DNA of 64,000 nt from Patescibacteria group bacterium (GTDB lineage: Bacteria > Patescibacteriota > Patescibacteriia > Patescibacteriales > UBA12465), in assembly GCA_041650715.1 (NCBI GenBank), contig JBAZKQ010000001.1, forward strand, positions 454,945 through 518,944, written 5' to 3'. The position numbers were made by a program, and so were the translations under genes. The notes beneath the pieces are model-generated. The model was not told the DNA's origin and did no database searches. It saw nothing but the letters and a program-made list of their open reading frames with translations. Below are positions 32,983-40,771 of this stretch, one piece after another (the stretch's first letter is position 1; each line of letters starts with the position of its first letter).

Positions 32983-34800
32983 TTAAATGGTTTTCAGATC
33001 AAGGTTAAGCGCTAAATTAGCAGCCATCGTGTCGTCCAAAGCGCCCTCAAGACAGATAAATAATTTATCTTTATACAATTTATCAGTAAGCGCTTTTACG
33101 GTTTCTGGGGTAAGTTTTCTTTCAAGACAAACAAAAAAATGCTGTTCACCATCGGTAATTTGATAAACATTATTCTTACCAAGTAAAATTTTATCAACCT
33201 TACTATTCAGCGACAAACCCTCTTTTACGATATTCTCATAGATGATACTAATATCATTTTCCTTATCAAACAATTGGCTTTGTTTTGCTTTATCCAAATA
33301 GGTAATAAATGCTTGTTGATTCTCTTCGGATGACTTTTGAGGATTAAAAACAAAAGTATTTTCAGGGTAGTTTGATTCGGAAAGTATAAAAAACTTAAAA
33401 CCTGAATTAATAGGTTTTGGATTTTTACCATAGCCATTAATAACATTTTTAATTCTAGTTTTAGTGATATCTAGAATTGTTTTAAAACCATACTTATAGC
33501 CTAGAGTATCTGTGTCTATTTTTTCGGGCAACTGCACAGTAATAAACTTACGATTGCCACCATCCAGTTCGTTCTGTGCTAAAACAGCATGAGCGGTCGT
33601 ACCTGATCCAGCAAAAAAATCAAGAATAATATCATTTTGGTTATTTTTTGTAGTATGAAAAATAAGTTTTTGTATCAAAGCTACAGGCTTTACGGTCTCA
33701 AATTCATGAACATCCGTGCCTAAAACTTCTGTCAATTCTGATTTACCCGTTTCAGCAGTCCCATAAGTATCTTTATCAAAAAAATGGGACCAAAAAGGAC
33801 TAAACCTTTCAAGGTTTTCATCATCAGGTCTTATTCTGAAGTATGCCTTGCCGTCAATCACTTCTACATCTCCTCGTTCTTGAAAGAATTGCACAGTATC
33901 AACTCCAACTTTCCACTGAAAACCATCTCTAGGAGAAACTCCAAGAATTGGATAAATCATTGACTGTCTTCCTCTCATGCCTATGGCAGACATTTCTTCG
34001 ACAACTTTTAATCGATACCACCCCTTGTCATCGTTTTTATCATAAACCTTCTGACCGGTTATCTCGAGATTAAACCTCATCTTTTCATTCAGTTTTTTGT
34101 AACTCAAAACATACTCTGTTTTTGATTGAAATTGTTCTCGTGCCGTCTCGGTGTTTTGTGCCTTAGTCCTTTTTTCCCAAGTAATTGTTCCTATAAAATT
34201 TTCTTCCCCAAAAATCTCATCCATTAACATTCTTAAATGATGAACTTCATTATCATCAATTGATACAAAAATAACGCCATCCTCGCGCAAAAGGTTCCAA
34301 GCTAATTTTAGACGAGGATACATCATGGAGAGCCAGTCGCTGTGATAGCGTCCGTTAGTTTCTTTGTTAGTTGTTGTGCTCTCTCCAGATTCGGTCTTTT
34401 GACCTGTTTGTTTAAGATAATTATCAAGCGGTGAACTAAAATCATCATTGTATACAAAATCGTGACCGGTATTGTAGGGCGGATCAATATAAATCATTTT
34501 TACCTTTTCAAAATATGCTTTCTGCAAAAGTTTTAAAACCTCGAGATTATCTCCTTCAATAAAAAGGTTCTCAGACTCATCCCATTTAATACTTTCTTCC
34601 GGCTTAGGATTAAGAGTTAACCTGCTAGGAATTAAAACGCTTTTAATAGCATTGCTTTTGCCGGCCCAGGTGAAAGAAAACTTATCGGACAAATTAATTG
34701 ACTGTGAACTTAGCTCCTCAATATATTTTTGTAAATTCAAAGACTTCTCAAAAAGTAAGTCGTCAGAGGTTAAATTAATTTTTGTGGGTTTTTTATTCAT
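32983..34800 (-). CDS. mod: Type III restriction-modification Mod subunit (beta-class N6-adenine/N4-cytosine DNA methyltransferase)
   Basis: IYIDPPYNTGHDF (DPPY) lies before ILDFFAGSGTTAHAV (FxGxG). It is directly upstream of res. Confidence 0.9.
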   Translation of the reverse strand: MNKKPTKINLTSDDLLFEKSLNLQKYIEELSSQSINLSDKFSFTWAGKSNAIKSVLIPSRLTLNPKPEESIKWDESENLFIEGDNLEVLKLLQKAYFEKVKMIYIDPPYNTGHDFVYNDDFSSPLDNYLKQTGQKTESGESTTTNKETNGRYHSDWLSMMYPRLKLAWNLLREDGVIFVSIDDNEVHHLRMLMDEIFGEENFIGTITWEKRTKAQNTETAREQFQSKTEYVLSYKKLNEKMRFNLEITGQKVYDKNDDKGWYRLKVVEEMSAIGMRGRQSMIYPILGVSPRDGFQWKVGVDTVQFFQERGDVEVIDGKAYFRIRPDDENLERFSPFWSHFFDKDTYGTAETGKSELTEVLGTDVHEFETVKPVALIQKLIFHTTKNNQNDIILDFFAGSGTTAHAVLAQNELDGGNRKFITVQLPEKIDTDTLGYKYGFKTILDITKTRIKNVINGYGKNPKPINSGFKFFILSESNYPENTFVFNPQKSSEENQQAFITYLDKAKQSQLFDKENDISIIYENIVKEGLSLNSKVDKILLGKNNVYQITDGEQHFFVCLERKLTPETVKALTDKLYKDKLFICLEGALDDTMAANLALNLDLKTI

Positions 34801-34839
34801 ATTATTTCTATTTTTTGAAAATTTAATACTATAAAAACC

Positions 34840-36567
34840 CTAAGACTTTAGATATATGTCTACCAAGGTTTGAATAATTTTATTTATCTTAAATTTCTTC
34901 AATTCATCCTTATCGGTTAAATAATCATGATTGTTATGCACTGAAGAATTCACGGCCTTACGAAATATAGAAACATCTGTATTAAACGTTTCTATTTTAT
35001 CCTTCACGCCAGGTGAAGTAAAATTAGTACGGTTATCATACAAATTTGCTATCAAATGAGAGAAATTCAACGTCCTGCCTTGACCTGTATTAAACCATAA
35101 ATCTGGCTGTTTTGGATATTTTTTCTCCAAGATATGAGTAACTAAGTTTTCTATTATCTTTCTGCACATCCAAAAAGATGCATTAGGGTAGTTCTTTTCA
35201 TGACACTCATTTGCTTCGTAAACAATTTGGTTATAATGAGTACTAGGGAATCCAGTTTTTACATCAATAAGTTGCGTTGATTTATCAGGACGATTACTTG
35301 TAGTAACTTTTGATTTCTGAACTTTTATTGTTTTAATTTTGCTCTTCCTAGCATGACCTTTAACTCGCCCTTTTTCTTGAGCATTTCGTAACACAACAAA
35401 TTCTCTGATGGCAGTTGTAACAAAATCAATCAAATCATAATACTCTGAATTATTTATGACGCCCTCTCTGGTAGTAGTATCTTCAATTTGAGGATTGTTA
35501 GCTTTGTTTATTGATACAGTGCTAAAAATTTGAGTATTTCCAGGTATATCGGAAGCATTTCTAGACCATTGATCTAGCCCTATCCAATCTGCCTCTTTAT
35601 CTCCGTATGGCTTAACTCTAAAATGGTCACGATATAATTTTATTCCACCATATTCATTTAACACTGAGCGAATATATTCTAAATCCTTGCTAACAATCTC
35701 CGCGCCAGTATTTCTTTTCCAGCTATCTGGTGTTTTATAATAAAAATATAATTCAAATTTAGCATCACCACACGACAGCCCCTTACTTAATTCCTTTTTT
35801 TCTTTCTTAATTAATTTACCGAGTTTAAAAAACTCGAAGCTAAAAATTTTTTTCTTTGTTAGGCTTACTTTAAATGAATAAGCCGATTTATCAAAAAAAT
35901 CCTTCTTAATTTTTGGTAAATCAACACTTTTATCGCCTATATTCTCTTTTATTTTAAACTTTTTAGGAGGATCAATCGGGGAAATTAACAAATTTAAATC
36001 TCGTAACAATGACTTTATTTTATCTTTATCGTTCCAACTGCCTTTTAATTCTTTTATCTCTAAAGACGTACCGTGAGGCACTTTGTTTTTCGCCATTTTC
36101 CATGTCTCAATATCAATATCAGTTGCCTTACTGCTATCAGAAAATTTACTCCAATCGAATTCTAGCTCATACCCATTTTTTTCCAGTTTCGATTTTGTAG
36201 ACAAAATCATTTTATGTCCCAGGCTATGAGAAGCAAATCTGCCTATACCCTTCGCGCCTACTGGGACCCTGTGATAAATATCTGTTTTTGTAATCGTCTT
36301 TTTATGTGGCGATCCTATATCCATGAATCGATCTTTAATATCAGATAATCCCATCCCAATACCGTCATCGCTTATTTTAATAGATGCGTTATGTTTTTCT
36401 TTGTCTAAAAAATCAACGCCCACAGTAGTACTATCAGCGTCATAGGCGTTTTTTATTAATTCTGCTACGGCGACATTAGGATTTGATATTGATTCCTCGC
36501 CTAGCTCAGTAATTATATTACCATTAAATGTAAATCGAAAATTGCTAATTTTTTCTCTGTCCGGCAT
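34840..36567 (-). CDS. GHKL (HATPase_c_3 / MORC-like) ATPase with a C-terminal helical domain
   Basis: ELIKNAYDAD (N box), ISDDGIGMG (G1), GAKGIGRFA (G2), transducer-like GIKLYRDHFRVKPYGDKEADWIGLD. The C-terminal ~130 aa resemble DUF4145-type helical domains. Its start lies 1 nt after the dcm stop. Confidence 0.75.
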   Translation of the reverse strand: MPDREKISNFRFTFNGNIITELGEESISNPNVAVAELIKNAYDADSTTVGVDFLDKEKHNASIKISDDGIGMGLSDIKDRFMDIGSPHKKTITKTDIYHRVPVGAKGIGRFASHSLGHKMILSTKSKLEKNGYELEFDWSKFSDSSKATDIDIETWKMAKNKVPHGTSLEIKELKGSWNDKDKIKSLLRDLNLLISPIDPPKKFKIKENIGDKSVDLPKIKKDFFDKSAYSFKVSLTKKKIFSFEFFKLGKLIKKEKKELSKGLSCGDAKFELYFYYKTPDSWKRNTGAEIVSKDLEYIRSVLNEYGGIKLYRDHFRVKPYGDKEADWIGLDQWSRNASDIPGNTQIFSTVSINKANNPQIEDTTTREGVINNSEYYDLIDFVTTAIREFVVLRNAQEKGRVKGHARKSKIKTIKVQKSKVTTSNRPDKSTQLIDVKTGFPSTHYNQIVYEANECHEKNYPNASFWMCRKIIENLVTHILEKKYPKQPDLWFNTGQGRTLNFSHLIANLYDNRTNFTSPGVKDKIETFNTDVSIFRKAVNSSVHNNHDYLTDKDELKKFKINKIIQTLVDIYLKS

Positions 36568-36568
36568 A

Positions 36569-37819
36569 TTAAAAAAATTTAATTAATTTATTAGCAATCA
36601 ACGACGATAGCATAGGCGGTACCGCATTTCCAATTTGTTTGTATTGAGCAGATCTACTTCCTTCAAATATAAAATCATCAGGAAATGTCTGAAGACGAGC
36701 CGCCTCTCTAACTGTTAGCGATCTATTCTGCTCAGCATCTGGATGTATATAATAATGTCCATCTTTTGATATGTGCGCTATAACAGTATGACTGCTGGCC
36801 GCAGCACCATCAACAACTTTAAACCTATCTAAAAATCCCGTCTGGTTCTTGTGAGTCTTTAATTTATTTGGCAGTTCATTATATTTTATATTATGACCAT
36901 TATTCTTCTCCTTAACCGCCATCTTGTAGATAGTCAGGTCTTGTTTGTTATTTGGTCGCGCAGCATGACCCAGCAAAACTCCGAAATTATTTGTAATACC
37001 CAACTTATCTAATATCTTAGATTTACTTTTAAACTTAGTCGCGACAGAACCTTCTCCGGACTTTAATTTTGGTAGATCTAATAAAAAATCACTAACTTTA
37101 TAGTTTCTGTCTACTTTGTCAAAAACTGGATATGATTTTAAATTAGCCTTGGAATTCCAACCTATAAGAATAACCCTTCTTCGTTCCTGAGGAACGCCAT
37201 ATTCAGCGGCATTCAATATGCTAAATTCGGTGTTGTAACCGGCAGCTTTCATCGCTAGACGCATACTATTCAAATACATTCCCTTACCAGAACTTAATAG
37301 ACCGGGAACATTTTCGAAAATAAAAACCTTCGGTTTAAGAGCCTTTAAAAATTCCACATAATACTGATATAGAAATTTTCTAGGATCGCGTTTCATGTGT
37401 TTCCTGTCCGACCCTCTCCCAATATGTGAATACGCCTGACAAGGCGGCCCACCAATAATAATATCTAAATCGGCACCGTTAAGTCTTTCTTTTACTTCAC
37501 CAATTAACTGAGCATAATTGTCACGACTTATTTTTTCCTGAATAACAGAATCTATCTCTTTATTTAATTTATATTTGCTAACTATTTCTTCCCTAGTTTT
37601 TTCTCCTAACAGATATTTTTTATACTCCTCTAGTTTTCCTTTCTTTCTTAAAGCATGATAAACCATTCTCGTTCGAATCGTCTCGCAAGCCTCTTTATCC
37701 ATTTCAATATGCGCCACAATATCACATCCGGATAAAATAAAACCTTCAGAAAAACCTCCGACTCCGGCAAAAAGGTCTAACACCATTGGCTTTTTAGTTT
37801 GCGATTTTTTTTTCTTCAT
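36569..37819 (-). CDS. dcm: DNA (cytosine-5) methyltransferase
   Basis: LDLFAGVGGFSEGF (I), GGPPCQAYS (IV), FIFENVPGL (VI), QERRRVILIG (VIII), TVREAARLQTFPDDF (IX), GNAVPP (X). Confidence 0.95.
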   Translation of the reverse strand: MKKKKSQTKKPMVLDLFAGVGGFSEGFILSGCDIVAHIEMDKEACETIRTRMVYHALRKKGKLEEYKKYLLGEKTREEIVSKYKLNKEIDSVIQEKISRDNYAQLIGEVKERLNGADLDIIIGGPPCQAYSHIGRGSDRKHMKRDPRKFLYQYYVEFLKALKPKVFIFENVPGLLSSGKGMYLNSMRLAMKAAGYNTEFSILNAAEYGVPQERRRVILIGWNSKANLKSYPVFDKVDRNYKVSDFLLDLPKLKSGEGSVATKFKSKSKILDKLGITNNFGVLLGHAARPNNKQDLTIYKMAVKEKNNGHNIKYNELPNKLKTHKNQTGFLDRFKVVDGAAASSHTVIAHISKDGHYYIHPDAEQNRSLTVREAARLQTFPDDFIFEGSRSAQYKQIGNAVPPMLSSLIANKLIKFF

Positions 37820-37871
37820 CCTAAATAATAATTAGGTTATAATAATCAGCATCCATAATCTTTATTATTTA

Positions 37872-37900
37872 ATTTTACAATTTTAAAACCACAAAGTCAA
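37872..37900 (-). promoter_or_regulatory. Sigma-70 promoter of the dcm-led defence operon
   Basis: Minus strand reads TTGACT-17-TAAAAT. Confidence 0.5.
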
Positions 37901-37923
37901 AGAAAATTTATATTTGTCAACAC

Positions 37924-37954
37924 AAAAAAATAAGCTAACATTAGCTTATTTTTT
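37924..37954. terminator. Bidirectional hairpin terminator after the tRNA
   Basis: A7-TAAGCTAA-ca-TTAGCTTA-T6. Confidence 0.65.
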
Positions 37955-37959
37955 GCTTG

Positions 37960-38270
37960 CTCCCAGGGTCGGATTCGAACCGACGACCAATTGGTTACAC
38001 TTATCCACTAATTTCTTAATGGGGTGGACTATATCATCATCCTTAAATTAAGGATGCGAGGCGCTTCGGGCCATCTTGCGATGGACCTACTCCCTTTCAG
38101 GATAGTCTCTGAACCTTCCATGACCTCCATGGCTTGGCTGCTGATTACCATATCCATATGGATTTAGGCTTCCAGACAATTCACCTCGTTTTCGGTGCTG
38201 ATTACTCAGCAGAGCTGCGTTTAGAACTACGTGTTCACAGCCAACTGCGCTACCGCTGCGCTACCTGGGA
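37960..38270 (-). tRNA. tRNA-Asn(GUU) interrupted by a group I intron (exons 38270-38237 and 37997-37960; CCA not encoded)
   Basis: 5' exon: TCCCAGG-TA-GCGC-AGCGGTA-GCGC-A-GTTGG-CTGT. 3' exon: TAA-CCAAT-TGGTC-GTCGG-TTCGAAT-CCGAC-CCTGGGA-G. Together they form a 72-nt cloverleaf with anticodon loop CUGUUAA and G73. Confidence 0.8.
37998..38236 (-). ncRNA. Group I self-splicing intron (239 nt, no ORF)
   Basis: P1 GGCUGU/GCAGCU has a U-G wobble at the 5' splice site, and the terminal nucleotide is G. GNRA hairpins are GCUGA-GUAA-UCAGC, CCAUC-GCAA-GAUGG and CCAUUAA-GAAA-UUAGUGG. Core strings AUGGUAAUCAGCAGCCAAGCC, UUCAGAGACUAUCC and GAUAUAGUCC resemble those of the Tetrahymena, Azoarcus and Anabaena introns. 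Confidence 0.8.
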
Positions 38271-38280
38271 ATATAACGTT

Positions 38281-38308
38281 ATTTTAGCAAATATGAGGAT
38301 TATGTCAA
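38281..38308 (-). promoter_or_regulatory. Sigma-70 promoter of the tRNA gene
   Basis: Minus strand reads TTGACA-16-TAAAAT, ending 10 nt before tRNA position 1. Confidence 0.55.
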
Positions 38309-38395
38309 ACTCTCCTTATTTTCTTTATATTCCGTCCATTTTCTGTTATAATAGGCTGGTATTGACCCATATTCGGGGTCCTAAAATATAATAAT

Positions 38396-40744
38396 ATGCC
38401 TAAAAAAAGACTCTTTTCCCTTTATGCCCTCATTATTATTGTCGTCGCGGCCGGCCTATTCTTAATATTACGGCCTCATAAATACACGCCGACGCCGATC
38501 GAATCTAATCAATCAAGCCAAGGCGCTACCTCAACCACAGAAGCGCTAAATGAGCCCAATATCGGCTTTACTCCGACTTATCAGGAAAACGCCACGCCTC
38601 TCGCTCAGGTGCCTAATTATGAGGCAATTAAAGCTAAATATGGCCTCACTCTTTCCCCGGCTCAAGAAAAATACCTGGATAAAAACCGCTTTCTCCTCAT
38701 AAACTATGACTCCGTACCCTTCTTTAAGTCCGGCCTGAACTTTGACCAATGGCTTGTCGACTCTGATCGGATGGGCGGCGGCTCTATTTATAATCGTAAG
38801 CCGGAAGACAGCGTACTCGTAACGCCCGATACGGTTCTTCATGCTTACCATAAATATTTTGAATTAACCTTAGAAGAATTGGAGCAGCATGAACTAAGCC
38901 AAGCCTTGGGTGATTTCCTAACCGGTCTTCACGCTAATCTCGCCACGGCCGTTAAAGATAGCCAAGGCGAAATTAAAACCCGCTATCAAAATCTTGAGGC
39001 CCAAATCGTTTTGGCCCAAGTATTGTTTGAAAATAAAAACGCGGCCAAGCCAAGCTATTTTAATAGTCCGGACGAAGAAGTGAAATATAGCGAAGCGGAC
39101 AAAACGATTGACTCGCTCGCTAATGCTAATCTCCTTTTAACTAAATATTCCAGCGACCTAACGCCGGAACTAATTAACGCGATTAAATCTGATCTCACTG
39201 AAATCTATGCCGCCAAAAATATCGGCGCTTCCCCGCTCTTTAAGCAATACGACGAACAAATCAAAACTGACTACACGCAATTTACGCCCCGCAGCCACTA
39301 CGCGAAGAATTCGACTTTACGCGCCTACTTCCGCACGATGATGTATCTGGGCCGGAGTAGTTATTTACTCCATAGCGATTTGGCCATCGCCGATACTAAT
39401 TTACTCGTGAAACAAATGGCGCTGAAAAATGGCGCGGCCGCGCCGCTCGACTCCTGGCAGAAAATTACCACTATTACCGATTTCTATGCCGGCCAAAGCG
39501 ACGACCTGACTTATCCGGAGTGGCAGGCTTATGAAGCGAGCCAACTCGGTGCGAATACTAATTCTGACGCCGCCCTGACTTCAGCCGACAATATTGCGAA
39601 ATTAAAGGCCAATCTTGATAAGCTCCGAAAACCAAAAATATTATCCGATGTTATAATCGACGAAAATATCGCAGCGCGCGATAAAGCGAGTCTACTTAAT
39701 CAGTCCCTATCTTTCCGCGTCTTCGGCCAGAAATTTTCTTTCGACGCTTCTATTTTAAACGATCTCACCGCCGGACAAGAAAAAACTGAAGTTAAATTGC
39801 CTTCAATGCCTTCGGCTCTATTTGTCCCCGCCGTTCTCGGCGATTTACGCGCGGAAACTTATGTCGCTAAATTCCTGGAAACGATTGGCTTTAACGCCGC
39901 TGAAGTAGCCGGGTTCACGACAAAACTTGAGCTGAAAAAAACTGCCCTCAAAACAGTCCCTGAATCAGACTGGTATCAATCTTTAGGCAGCTCCTGGCTT
40001 TATGTGCTCGGCGCGCTCACCCATAATTACGGCGTGAATTATCCGCTTTATATGCAGTCCCGCTCATTTCTCGATAAGCAGATTCAAACTTTCCTCGGCT
40101 CATACGCCGAACTCAAGCACGATACCCTGCTCTACGCGAAACAAAGTTATGCGGAACTCGGTGCCGGTGGCGAAGATCAACCGCTCCCGCCTATTGTTAA
40201 GGGATTCGTGGAACCGAATCTCGAGTTCTTGAATAGATTCAATAAATTAATTGAGCGCACCGAAACGCTCTATACCGCCAATAATCTATTTACTAATCAA
40301 AGCGCAATGGAACGTTTAGGACAATTCAAAAAAATCTCCGCCTTATATACAAAGATTGCCGAGGCTGAGTTGCGCGGCCAAGCGATTAGCGACGACGACT
40401 ATGAAACTTTGCGCACGACTAAATTAGCTTTTATGGCCCAGCCTTTTGAAGCGGTCGACCCGACAGAAACTTCCGGCCAAACCGCATTAATTGCCGATAT
40501 CCATACCGATATGGTCAGCGGACAAATTCTTTACGAAGCAACTGCCAAGCCCTATTTAATGCTCGCGATTGTCGGTAACGAAAATGCCCCGCGCGTCGTC
40601 GCCGGTTTAGTTTATAATCATTACGAACTGACGGATCCAATTGGCACGCGCTTAACGGATGAAAATTGGCGCAATCGCGTTTATAAGGATAATAGTCTTT
40701 TACCAGCCAAGAATTTTTGGTACGACTCTATTCTCGTTAAATAG
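38396..40744 (+). CDS. Large membrane-anchored/secreted protein, DUF3160-like
   Basis: N-terminal TM segment LFSLYALIIIVVAAGLFLIL. The FTPRSHYAKNSTLRAYFRTMMYLGRS block resembles, from memory, the DUF3160 signature. 782 aa. Confidence 0.55.
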   Translation: MPKKRLFSLYALIIIVVAAGLFLILRPHKYTPTPIESNQSSQGATSTTEALNEPNIGFTPTYQENATPLAQVPNYEAIKAKYGLTLSPAQEKYLDKNRFLLINYDSVPFFKSGLNFDQWLVDSDRMGGGSIYNRKPEDSVLVTPDTVLHAYHKYFELTLEELEQHELSQALGDFLTGLHANLATAVKDSQGEIKTRYQNLEAQIVLAQVLFENKNAAKPSYFNSPDEEVKYSEADKTIDSLANANLLLTKYSSDLTPELINAIKSDLTEIYAAKNIGASPLFKQYDEQIKTDYTQFTPRSHYAKNSTLRAYFRTMMYLGRSSYLLHSDLAIADTNLLVKQMALKNGAAAPLDSWQKITTITDFYAGQSDDLTYPEWQAYEASQLGANTNSDAALTSADNIAKLKANLDKLRKPKILSDVIIDENIAARDKASLLNQSLSFRVFGQKFSFDASILNDLTAGQEKTEVKLPSMPSALFVPAVLGDLRAETYVAKFLETIGFNAAEVAGFTTKLELKKTALKTVPESDWYQSLGSSWLYVLGALTHNYGVNYPLYMQSRSFLDKQIQTFLGSYAELKHDTLLYAKQSYAELGAGGEDQPLPPIVKGFVEPNLEFLNRFNKLIERTETLYTANNLFTNQSAMERLGQFKKISALYTKIAEAELRGQAISDDDYETLRTTKLAFMAQPFEAVDPTETSGQTALIADIHTDMVSGQILYEATAKPYLMLAIVGNENAPRVVAGLVYNHYELTDPIGTRLTDENWRNRVYKDNSLLPAKNFWYDSILVK

Positions 40745-40771
40745 AACTCTCTTTCAATTAAATCTTGCAAC

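Noticed and set aside
37820-37960. Calling the defence island an integrative element with att sites at the tRNA
   Set aside because: I saw no integrase or recombinase gene in the window and no direct repeat of the tRNA 3' end. Only the positional association is reported.
38231-38240. Reading the tRNA as tRNA-His, because the contiguous 5' sequence gives the loop CTGTGAA (anticodon GUG)
   Set aside because: No 3' anticodon-stem strand follows that loop. The complementary CCAAT is 239 nt away. The P1 pairing puts the U-G splice-site wobble after CUGU, giving CUGU|UAA (GUU, Asn). G73 fits Asn, whereas His would be expected to have C73 and a G-1. A Thr(UGU) junction (after CU) was also considered, but it would pair the splice-site U with A rather than G.
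38134-38391. 85-aa plus-strand ORF in the ORF track
   Set aside because: It lies antisense over the tRNA 5' exon, its promoter and half of the group I intron. It has no start context and no recognisable protein features, so I treat it as a shadow ORF.
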